From: Felis catus
Taxonomy: Eukaryota
Reading direction: 5' to 3'
NCBI RefSeq assembly: GCF_018350175.1
Contig: NC_058368.1
Location: 20,586,001 to 20,650,000, forward strand
DNA: 64,000 nucleotides
Part shown: piece after piece, positions 12,901 through 24,110 of the stretch
How positions within the stretch are numbered: the first letter of the stretch is position 1
Layout of the letters: every line of letters begins with the position of its first letter
Position numbers and translations under genes: made by a program
The notes under the pieces: model-generated
What the model was told of the DNA's origin: nothing
Database searches by the model: none
What the model saw: the letters and a program-made list of their open reading frames with translations, nothing else

Positions 12901-15900
12901 GAGACACTTGAGAGAAACTCTTAATCTCAAATCCCATCCGCATTAACTCAGAAAACACAAACTGCAGCTCTGAGGCGCAGTGACTATCTTGCACGCCTGT
13001 TCTCTTACAACGAAGACGTCGCAGACCCATTTGTCTTCTCTTGTTGTGTCCTGTTCAGCTTTGAGGACCAGAGGGTCATCTAATCAGCTGCCCCCACTCC
13101 AATCCAGCCGGCTTCCCACACTGCCAGGGGTGCCGCAGAAGGAAGAGAGGGGCGGGGGTGCTGGGGAAAGCGAGAGAGACAAAAAGGGCTGGATCAAAAA
13201 ATATACGAACAAACGATGAGAGAAATCTGTCGTGGGAAACAAGAAACATCAGGTGATAAAAACAGATAAAGAAGTTTGACCAAAGGTAAGAAAAGGAAAC
13301 TGCTCTTCCCATTGGAGAATATAACATCCTCTACACAGTTACATACACCCCCAAGTTTTCACAGAAAACTTGCCTGTACACAGCACGTATCACTGCACAG
13401 ACTTAACCATTATGTAATATTGAAAAGTTAGTCAGGAAGTCTTGTAGAAGCCAAAATGCAACATTATTTTTCATCTTCAGACTACACGGTATGGGCTGTG
13501 CCGTTGATACGAAGTTACTTATCAACCAGTTTTTAAACTTGGCAGCTCTTTCTTATCCCTCTCTTGGTTAAGACAAGTTTCTTCGTATCATTTAAAGTTC
13601 AAAGACATGAGGCAGCAGAAAGAGCCACCTTTTTGCCAAGTGTTCTTATGACTTGGAAGCAACGGACATTTGTCCGTGACCCTGTCTGATTTTTGGCACA
13701 CAGCAGATAAGCTCTGAGAAACACACACCCGCTGTTACATGGGGAAGAAAGGACAGACATCAAAGCACCATTTACTTTATTTTTAGATACTATATCAAGG
13801 CTATTCAGTTTTCTTAAGAAGATCTAATAGGAAAAAAAAAAAAAGATGAGAGCATCACTCTCATGCTCATGCAATACCTTGTCCTAAATAGGTTCTGGTT
13901 CATTTTTTTGCAGTCATCAGCCATTAGAACATATTCACCCCCCTTGGTTCCTTTTGGTTTGATCGCCAGGGACAGCTCCTTGGGAACACTTGGCTAGGAC
14001 ACTTGCAATGCACGCAAGACAAATCAGCATAATTTTTAAGTTACTTGCCACTTCCAGGAATGTTAATTTAAGCAATGACTATATGTCTTCCCTTCCCAAG
14101 ATGTTAACCACTGCCATCAAAGAGATCTGGGTCACTTTCCAGGCTTTGGGGCACTCTGTTTCCTTCAACGCCACAGGAGGCAAACCAAGAAAGCTAGACA
14201 GAGGCACGCACCAGAAAAATAATTCTCAAGTAATGGGTTCCTCTAAGAATGCTTTTTGATTTTAAAGCTTTGAAGAAAAAAGAAAAAAACCAAAAACTGG
14301 CCTTCACCAAGGCCACAGAAGATAAACTTTCCATTTTCTCAAGGCTGCCCCTATCAATAGCCATGTTTCTAGGACGGACCTGTGCGCTGAAGAAGAAACT
14401 GATGAAGAACTTCAGGATGGCGGGCAATTCAGAGTCACGGAGACCAACGACACGTACAGATGGAGCTAAGCTTTTGAAATATCTGCGAAGCAGGAATATT
14501 CTAGAGAGGCAGAAAGGACAGACCCAATTGGGATGTCTACTGATAACCAGGGCTGGCACCAGGACAGGCGGTGTGTCTGGTCCCTGGTCATCAAACTGAC
14601 GACAGAAGGAACCCCAGCCCTTTCTGATCCTCCCGCCTCTCCCATCCTGGTGGGATGCCACCACTCGGCCAGCAGAGTGGCCTCTGGCCTACAGCAGGGG
14701 TCCTAGACACCCAGGGAGGGCCTGGAGTGTCTGCCATTTAATTCCCGTGGGGTGTTGGGACAGATTGTCTGACTTCTCCAAGTCTTGTAAAATGGTGATG
14801 ATAAAGCTTGCCTTGACTAATTCCCAAGGCCATCGTGAGGGTCAAGTACAACAGCAGACATCAAAGTGTACTGCAAAGGTATAAGAGCTAAAAGACACAG
14901 GACCTAGAAGATGGGCTTCCTAGAAATTACACAAACCTTGGGTAAACGAAGAAGAGCACAAATTACAGCCCAAATCTACTTCTTCATACGATAAACCTCT
15001 GCCCCACCTACACACCATCTAGCCAAAGAGACCCCCAAGAACTGGGAAACTGAGAATGCTCAGCTGAGACCACCCCGTCACACGCAGTGCAGGCTTCTGG
15101 CCAGAGCTCAGGTACACCGGGGGGTGAGGGCAGCAGCTAGCTCTTGCGCTGCCCAGCCTCGCCATTCCTTCTTCTGGAAAAGTGCTCCCTACCCTCCAGA
15201 ACCCCTCTGTCCTCCCTGTCTCACACCTGGTGCTGTAGTGGAGGCTGCCCCTCCAAGGCTACAGCTAACAGGGGGTGAGGCTGGGGTTGCATGTGATCAC
15301 AGTGGGGCCAGTCAAAAGGCTGTAAGAGAAGAAGAGAAAAGGGGCAGTTTCTCCCAGTAGACACTGGGGGATTTGAGGCGTGGGTGCAGCGTGCAGCCTA
15401 TTATTCACTAAGTGGAGGAAGTTGGTTTGAGCAGAGGAAGTAAACTCTCAGGGGGACAGAAGCCTTGGACCTCTAAGTGCTGCAACACCCTAGTTCCAAT
15501 GCTTGTATACTCTCCACCCCGCCTCTACCCCAACACACAGCCGGCCCTTCCCAGGGATCAATGAACTGGCTAGGGAACCCCTAAGGAAGTATAAGCCAGG
15601 TTTTGTAACACAATTAGGATGAATGTCTCAACATTAAATGCATAGCAATTTCCATACCAAGCCAGATTCATGGTCTACTCAAACTGGCATCCTATTTATG
15701 GTAAGCACACCAAGGGATGTTTGCAGGAGGCCATGGTTGTCCTAAAAACTTCAACCTCAAATGGCTTTCAAAGAATCCCAGCTTGCCATTGTGGCCATTA
15801 TGGTTCTGTGAATTTACGTTCACCTCTCCTGCATCTATTTGTATTTTCAGTCTTTACCCACTCTTAAAGATAATCCATTCAAAATATGCAGTCTATGCTG

Positions 15901-15907
15901 TGAAGTA

Positions 15908-16100
15908 ATTTTTTTAATTGTTTTTTGAGAGAGAGGGAAAGAGAATGAGCAGGGGAGGGGCAGAGAGAGAAAGAGAGAGGGAGAGAATTCCAAGCAGGCT
16001 CCACGTTGACAGCACAGAGCCTGATGCAGGGACAAACTATGAGATCATGACCTGAGGCCAAATCAAGAGTCAGAGGCTTAACTGAGCCACCTAGGTGCCC
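15908..16100 (-). mobile_element. Can-SINE (older subfamily)
   Basis: SINE head and (CT)n on minus strand. Confidence 0.9.
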
Positions 16101-16147
16101 TGAAGCAAAACTTATTTGGTATATTTGTTACAATAGAAATAAATTCA

Positions 16148-16365
16148 GGGGCACCTGGGTGGCTCAGTTGGTTAAGTGTCTGACCTCAGCTCCGATCATG
16201 ATCTCACAGTTTGTGAGTTGGAGCCCTGCACCAGGCTCTGTGCTTGGAACCTAGAGCCTGCTTTTGATTCTGTGTCTCCCTCTCTCTCTCTGCTCCCCCA
16301 CCACTCATGCTCTGTCTGTCTCTCTCTCTCTCAAAAATAAACATTAAAAATTTTTTCTTAAAAAA
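16148..16365 (+). mobile_element. Can-SINE
   Basis: GGGGCACCTGGGTGGCTCAG head; TSD AGAAATAAATTCA. Confidence 0.95.
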
Positions 16366-17932
16366 GAAATAAATTCATAGTATAAGTAGAAAGAATAAAC
16401 AGTGAAATAAAGCTAAAAATAGAAAAATGAGAAAAAAAAATGAAAAACACTGAGTTCACACTAGGATACATACAATATAAAAAGACTAGAAAGAAATATT
16501 TCCAAAATTGTTATTTCTCAGTGGCAAGATGATAGATAAATTATTTCCTTCTTTATATTTTTCTGCATCGCTAAAGTTTCCATACTGGGAACTGGGTAAA
16601 GTTTCCATACAGCACTGGGTCTGTATTACTGTTCTAATAATATTCTACTATTAAAATATACAGTATAGTATAGCATAGTATAGTGCAGTATAGTCTAGCC
16701 TATACTATTCTATACTGATAAAGCAGAGCCTCACCAAATGTCTTAGACTCTTGCAGAGAAATTAGCTCCGCCTAGAGACCTCGGCCAGCTTGGCTCCTCG
16801 GCGTTTCAGAGGCAGATGATAAACCAGGCATGAGAACATGCAGATCTGACCACTCCAGCAGGCAGCCCATTCCACTTTAGCAACAGCCATACCTGGAAAG
16901 GCAAGCTATACCTAGAAAGGCAGATCTTTAAAAGGCACAGACAAAGGACCTCTGAACAAAAAGGCTGGGAGTCCTCAGTGGCACGCCTCTGCTTTCAGAG
17001 GCACTGGGCAGGGGAGGGCTCTGGAGCCTCAGGCCAAGGTGCCCAGCACTGAGGAGCCGGTGGTGGTGATGCAGGCGGAACGCACGTGGATTCTCTCCAG
17101 CTGCTGGCATGTACTGGGGGTTCAATACGTCTTTACATAAAAAGGACAGTGGACAGAATAATCACAAGATGCGTAGGTGGCCGAGAAGGTACCGCGAGCT
17201 CGCACACTCACAGGGGAGAGGCTCGGAGGGAAGGTTGCCTGGAGGAGCCAGGGGCTGAGGTTAAGAGACAGGCAGGCATTTGGCAGGCAGAGAACGTGAA
17301 GACGAGCAGGCAGGAGAGTCCAGGCAGACCCAAAGTCACGGGCATTCAAACAGAGAGATGTTGTATAACCCCAATAACCCTGAGTATTTTAGCGAGTAGT
17401 ATGAGTGCAGAGTGAAATAAAGGCAGAAATAGAAAAATGAGAAAAACTGAAGAATACTGGAATTCATTTGTGGTCTATACAAATGGCTTAGCTTTGTGGA
17501 AACTAACTTTGAACCAGGCCTTGAAGAAAGGGGTAGGATTTGGATAGAAGTGTAAAAGGAGGACAAAGGGCAGTGTAGCCAAGACTGCAGGAAAAAAGGG
17601 CACGTGAGACATGCATCCTTCGGTGAATGTTTACCGAATGCCCACTCTGTCCCAGGTCTGGGACTAAGATCTTGGGGTGCAAAGGGGAGCTTAGGAGAAA
17701 GAGCTGTTCTCCCCACTGTAGAGATGAGGAAATTGAGGCTTTACAAAGAAGATGCAATTTGTCCAAGGACATAGAGCCAACAAATAGCATAAATCTCGTT
17801 TTAGGTATGTTTTATTACAACACTTTAGAAAATACTGGTAAGTTGTTTGTTTCTTAACATCATGGTAAAAGCTTACAGGATATGGGAAAAACCCATGTGC
17901 CCCCCTTTTCTGCTATTCAAATAAAAAATTAT

Positions 17933-19320
17933 GTTTTCTTTAGGTAAATACACAGTAGTGGAAGTACTAGATCATATGGTATTTTTTTTATTTTTTTAAT
18001 GTTTATTTATTTTTTGAGAGAGACAGAGTGCAGTGGGGGAGGGGAAGAGAGAAAGGGAGACCCAGAATCCAAAGCAGGCTCCAGGCTCTGAGCTGCCAGC
18101 ACAGAGCTCAATGCAGGGCTCAAACACAGGCATCATGACCTGAGCCAAAGTTGGAGGCTGAGCCGACTGGGCCACCCAGGTGCCCCTCATATGGTAATTC
18201 TACTTTTAATTTTTTGAGGGACCTCCATACTCTTCTCCACAGTGGCTGTACCAGTTTGCATTCCCACCAACAGTGCGTGAGGGTTCCTTTTTCCGTACAT
18301 CCTCACCAATACTTGTTATTTCTTGTCTTTTTGATTTTAGTCATTCTGACAGTTGTGAGGTGACATCTCATTGTGGTTTTGATTTGCATTTCCCTGATGA
18401 TGAGTGAGGGTGAGCATCTTTTCATGTGTCTATTGGCCATCTGGATGTCTTCTTTGGGAAAATGCCTATTCAGATCTCCTGCCCATTTTTTAATCAAATT
18501 ATTTGTTTTCCTGATGTCGTGTTGTATAAGTTCTCTCTATATTTTGGATATTAACCCCTTATTGAACATATTATTTGCAAACATATTTTTCCATTCAGTG
18601 AGTTGCCTTTTCATTCGTTTGAAGGTTTCCTTCACTGTGCAGAAGCTCTTTATTTTGATGTAGTCAAAACTTTTCTAAAAGCTTTTTATTTTGACATGCT
18701 TTTGTTTCCCTTGCCTTAGGTGACCTATCTAGAAAAAGGTTGCTATGGCCATCCCTATATTTATTATAGCATTATTTGCGGCAGCCAAGATACGGAATCA
18801 ACCCAAGTGTCCATCAATAGATGAATGGATAAAGAAGATGTGATTGTGTGTGTGTGTGTGTATGTAAAATGTGTGTGTATACGTACATACACAATGGAAT
18901 ATTACTTGGCCATAAAAACGATGAAATCTTGCTATTTGCAACAACATGGATGGACCTAGAGGGTATTATACTAAGTGAAATAGACAAAGAAAGACAAATA
19001 CCGTATGATCTCACTTACATGTGGAATATAAACAAAACAAAGCAAAGCAAACAGCAGAAAAGACCCATAAATACAGAGAACAAACTGATGGTTGCCAGAG
19101 AAGAGGTGGGGTTAAGGGGAGTGGGAGACCCAGGTTTCAGCTACAGAATGAGCAAGTCATGGGAATAAAAGGTAGGGTATGGGGAGAACAGCCAATGTGA
19201 CACAGCAGCTACACTCGTGGTGGGCACAGCACACATAACGCACAGAGTGGCTGGAAGACTATGTTGCACACCTAAAACTAACGTAACATTAGGTGACAAC
19301 CATACTCAAATAAAAATTGT
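17933..19320. mobile_element. Carnivore L1 3' portion with 5' inversion (17933-18750 minus, 18751-19315 plus)
   Basis: Minus remnant [28 protein letters not shown] is L1 ORF2 C-terminal; plus part is 3' UTR; flanks TCAAATAAAAAATTATG / TCAAATAAAAATTGTG. Confidence 0.85.
17982..18186 (-). mobile_element. Can-SINE nested in L1
   Basis: TSD TCATATGGTA. Confidence 0.93.
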
Positions 19321-21706
19321 GAACGTTTCTTACTTTCCTTTTATGAAAACTCTTTTCTGCCCTGGAGGATAAATATGTGAGAGTTAAAAGTTCTTATAAA
19401 TATCCCAAATCTTTCGGAACAATTACTAGCGGGACAGTATCAGGCTCAGCTTGACTGCACAACTGACAACCGACTAAGTCCACCCGCTTCAGAGTGTGCT
19501 CAGATAGGGCAGATCCAGTGGCCGTCTGAGAAAAGGTCGGTGGAACCGCCACCAAAAAAAGCCTCGTAAAGACAAAACCAGCCTCAGGATTTGTGTGGAA
19601 AACGTTAAACATGCTCCATGCTGGGGAACTCAGAGACTCCCGTGCTGCTGACGGCCTGCAGAAGACTATTCAGTAAAAGACAAATCTCCCAAGAAGCGGA
19701 GCTTAGTTATTCAGAGATTGTCTAAAACCAGTGCTGGAATTGTGCCCCATCTCCTACCAAGTACAGTACAGGTTCCTGCCCTGTGAATAAGCTCTTCTGA
19801 AAGTAAGGAAGCTTTCAGCCCACAAGCTAGATTTCCAAACAGAAACATGCATAGCTGTAAACAGTGTTGACAAAAAACCAAAAAATCTGCTTACAGTTTT
19901 CTTCTGACATTAACCATGTGCCTTTAGGTAAAGGAGGAAAAAAGTTTTATTTACGCGTTTTAGGGTCACTGAAAAAAAAGTCATTTGGGTCTATAGCAAT
20001 TCTTCCTTTACCACATACTTCACACTATTATTATTTTTTTTTCAAATAAGAGGTGTTTCTTGTGGGCTTATTAAAAAGTTACAAGACTCGAATCAGAAAT
20101 AACATTAATATAAATTGTCTCTACCATTAATTACAAAAACTACTTTTGCCTTTTAAAGTTGATTTTTTTTAATCCTTTAATTAGAACATGGTTCTAAAGC
20201 CTGCATTCTCACAATGCTTTCAAATCTATTTCTGTATTCTATTTGGAGAGACAAAGAGGATCGTATTGTTTGTGATCATCATGCTGCCTCTCATAAAAGG
20301 TTCATTAGTGTCTAAGGTAGGCAGGCAGGCCGGCCTGTGATTCTTACCTCCCCCCCAAAAGCAACCCATCCTCTACCGTGCAAAAGCTGGCATTATTCAT
20401 GCTGTGGGGAAAGAACAAATACAATTCTTCTTAAAATGCTTTTGAACGTGTGTTTTCTGGAGATAAAGGTGAATAATTTTATTGCAAAACTTGTCTACAG
20501 CTGAAAATGTGATGTGGCATCTACCTTGATCTGGGGGCTTTTTAATCAGGGGGCTGAATGAGGGATGCTTTCAGCCTAAGCTAACCCAAATCAATTTAGT
20601 GGTCCTGAGATCATTTCTGTCCTTCCTTTCTTCCCTCACACAACATTAGGGTTTTCCAATGTTTTGACATCTCCTTGGAGATGGTCCAGCCATAGGGTGC
20701 AACCACACAAACAATCCACACAGACTTCTATACTTGGTGAATCGGTTCCCAGCCCACCTTTCACGTTAGGGTCTATCCCAACCTAGTAGAGCTGACAAGT
20801 GTACAAAACTTACACTAGAGAAAAATATTAAGAATATGACTTAAACATTTATTTTTAGGGCAGCAAAGAGAGATAGAAACTTATACCAAATTCTAAAAGA
20901 TAGAGATGTTAATGGTCTCTTACAGTAACTAAAACTGTGAATAGGCTAGAACCTACAGGCCTTTTTGGAGAAACACTGAAGACCATCCGAAACTACAAGA
21001 AATGCTTGCCTTGTTTGCATGGGAGGCAGTTCTGTCCCTGGCAGCCTATGTAAGTCAAGGCCCTAAGCCTTACTACCTCACAAGTCTCCTTTCCAAGTTT
21101 CAGTTTTTGTTTTTCTGGGAATTTTGACTTCTCCAGAGGAATTAAAAAGCAAGAGGCCTAAACAGTCCTTTTTAATATATCCTTCAATGTATAACACAAT
21201 GTTATTGTAGACAACTTGATAAACAACATGAACTAAATGGCAAGAAAAAAGTGTCATCCCAAGGACCAGTGGCTTTGCATTTGCCTCATGGGTAAATCTC
21301 TAAAGTTCTATTCATCTGTTGGCTAATGAGCTTGTGTTCCAGTGACAGAGTAAGTTCCTCCGATCCCAGAAATTTCCTAAAACTGAGTACAAACGGCTTC
21401 CACCAAATATTCTTGAAAAATCTTTTATAATCTTTGTTTTCTTAATTAAGGGCCCAATTTCACTGGCGCTATGGTGCTCACTCCAAGGAGGACATTGTTT
21501 CCTCGTCTCAAATGCATAGCTTACCGTAGCTGATTTCTCATCTGCTAGAAAAAACCCACAAATATGTGTCTGTGAAGATGGGCCTCATACCCTGGACTTA
21601 CACGCACACCCCTGAGGACACAAAAGTCTTTCCGGCCCACGAAAAGAGAGCTAAACCTGGGGCTGGCCATTCCTACTCCTCTCTACCCACTCCCAAGGGC
21701 TGTCTC

Positions 21707-22120
21707 AGTGCAGGGGTTCGAAGTGGTGTCCACAGACCGACAGCATCAACATCACCTGGGAACTTGTTTGAAATGCACATTCTCGAGGCGCCTGGGTGGC
21801 GCAGTCGGTTAAGCGTCCGACTTCAGCCAGGTCACGATCTCGCGGTCCGTGGGTTCGAGCCCCGCGTCGGGCTCTGGGCTGATGGCTCGGAGCCTGGAGC
21901 CTGTTTCTGATTCTGTGTCTCCCTCTCTCTCTGCCCCTCCCCCGTTCATGCTCTGTCTCTCTCTGTCCCAAAAATAAATAAAAAACGTTGAAAAAAAAAA
22001 TTAAAAAAAAAAAAGAAATGCACATTCTCAGGCCTCTCCCGAGAGCCACCGAATCAAAAACCCTGGCGGTGGGGCCCAGTTCCCCAGGTGACCTACGCCC
22101 TCAAGTTTGAGTGGCATTGT
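21707..22120. mobile_element. MER5A-like hAT fossil split by a SINE
   Basis: CAGCATCAACATCACCTGGGAACTTGTTTGAAATGCACATTCTCAGGCC motif. Confidence 0.8.
21785..22014 (+). mobile_element. Young felid SINE (SINEC_Fc-type)
   Basis: CpG-rich undecayed body, long A tail, perfect 15-bp TSD GAAATGCACATTCTC. Confidence 0.96.
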
Positions 22121-22165
22121 TGCACTGCAGGAACTGTGAAACCACCAATGTTTGTACGCTCAAAG

Positions 22166-22181
22166 CCTGCAGGTGGCACTA
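22166..22181 (+). promoter_or_regulatory. Candidate CTCF site
   Basis: CCTGCAGGTGGCACTA is close to the CCASYAGRKGGCRS core. Confidence 0.45.
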
Positions 22182-22405
22182 AAGGCTGGCCGGACAGGCA
22201 GGAACAGGAAGCTCAAGGAGTGGTATAGAACAAGCCAGCCAGACAACGCAGCTCCTGAGCAGCTGGCTCAGGCCTCTCCAAGGAGTTCATAGGCCACAGG
22301 ACATCTCAGCTTTGAACGGGAAGCAGACTGAACTTCTCACAGTCCAGCAGTAAACACATTAAACCTAAAATTTTCAGGGATATGGAAATTGCATATATTT
22401 CCTGA

Positions 22406-22620
22406 GCCTGGGTGGCTCAGTCGGTTGAGCATCCGACTTCGGTGCAGGTCATGATCTCACGGTCTGTGGGTTCGAGCCCCGCGTCGGGCTCTGTGCTGAC
22501 AGCTCAGAGCCTGGAGTCTGCTTTGGATTCTGTGTTTACCTCTCTCTCTCTGTGCTCCTCCCTGCTCATACTTAGTCTCTGTCTCTCAAAAATAGGTAAA
22601 ACATTAAATTTTTTTTTTTT
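22406..22620 (+). mobile_element. Can-SINE
   Basis: Head lacks the first few bases; flanking repeat AATTTTCAGGGAT. Confidence 0.93.
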
Positions 22621-22654
22621 AATTTTCAGGGATGCAATAGTTAATGAAGGTTTT

Positions 22655-22871
22655 TGTGGGTTTTTTAAAAATGTTTATTTATTTTTGAGAGAGAGAGAGA
22701 CAGAGCATGAACGAGGGAGGGTCAGAGAGAGAGGGGACACAGAATCTGAAGCAGGCTCCAGGCTCTGAGCTGTCAGCACAGAGCCCGACGCGGGGCTCGA
22801 ACTCACAGACCATGAGATCGTGACCTGAGCCGAAGTCGGAAGCTCAACCGACTAAGCCACCCAGGCGCCCC
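22655..22871 (-). mobile_element. Can-SINE
   Basis: Full head on minus strand; TSD AGGTTTT. Confidence 0.95.
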
Positions 22872-23172
22872 AGGTTTTCGTGTTTAATACGATGAGGATA
22901 TATGCATTTTCAAGAATGAAAATGTCAATACCAATTAAACAGAACAAAATAAGAAACTCAAATTATCAGCAGCTGTTGTGTGTATCCAAATAATAATAAT
23001 GCACTTGATTGTGAAAGAATTGGAGTTCCTACCCTTAAAATCTCACTGAATTGATGTGACAAAAACAAGAAGAAGATTTTTCTAATGTAAAACATGTATA
23101 CGAGTAGGCCTTTGCTAGATTCTATCAAAACCCTGAAATTTGCTTTAATGGTTTTAGTATATATACATCTCC

Positions 23173-23348
23173 GGGCACCTGGGTGGCTCAGTGTTTAAGT
23201 GTCGGACTCTTGATTTTGGCTCAGGTCCCGATCTCAGGGTCGCAAAATGGAGCCCCATGTTGAGCTTCGGATTCTCTCTCTCTCCCTCTCTCTCTGCCTT
23301 TCTCCCTGTCTCTCTCTCTCTCTCTCAAATACAAAATTTTTTTAAAAA
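23173..23348 (+). mobile_element. Can-SINE with internal deletion
   Basis: Head GGGCACCTGGGTGGCTCAG, shortened middle, (CT)n. Confidence 0.85.
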
Positions 23349-23359
23349 CTGCCTATACA

Positions 23360-24110
23360 AATCTCTGGTGAAGATATGAAGCAATGGGAACTGCTGGGTA
23401 CACACGCCAGGGAAATGAGTGCCTCTTTCTACCAAAAGCCTCATAAAAGAATGTTCTTAGAAGTGTAATTCATGGGGTGCCTGGGTGGCTCAGTCAGTTA
23501 AGCATCTGGCTCTCGGGTTTCGGCTCAGGTCATGACCGCAAGGTTGGTGAGTTTGAGCCCCGCATTGGACTCTGTGCCGACAGTGCAGAGCCTGCTTGGA
23601 ATTCTCTCTCTCTCCCTCTCTGTCTGCCCCTCCCCCTCTCTCTTGCTTGCTCCCAAAATAAATAAATAAACTTAAAAAAAAAAAGTGCAATTCACAATAG
23701 TTACCAAGTGGAAACAATCCAAATGTCCACCCACGGCAGAGGAAATAAACAGTATGGATATTCATACAATAAAATACACACAACAATGAAAACACAAATC
23801 GACCAATAAACCAAACCACTGCTACACATAATACGGATGAATCTCAAGAAACACTGCTGAGTGAAAGAAGCCAGACCTATAGGAGTACACACTTACCCAA
23901 ACAGGCAAAACAAATCTCTAGTGACAAAGGTCAGCACTGACCCGTGGCCATCCAGCAGCAAGCATGAGCTTGCTGAAAAAGTTCTACATCTTGACCTGGG
24001 GGACGATTACAGGGGTGTACACGTACGTGTACATAATGAAAATACATGAGTGTATTTGCTGAATTGCACACTTAAATTTGTATACCGTATTGTGTGTAAT
24101 AACTATAAAG
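23360..24110 (+). mobile_element. Old L1M 3' fragment
   Basis: GGAAACAATCCAAATGTCCA...GGATGAATCTCAAGAAACA...GCTGAGTGAAAGAAGCCAGAC motifs. Confidence 0.7.
23474..23683 (+). mobile_element. Can-SINE nested in old L1 3' fragment
   Basis: TSD AAGTG(T/C)AATTCA. Confidence 0.92.

Noticed and set aside
14194..14664. Opposed ORFs of 156 and 116 aa in intron 1
   Set aside because: No recognisable protein similarity, no exon structure, poly-A or TSD to suggest a gene or retrocopy
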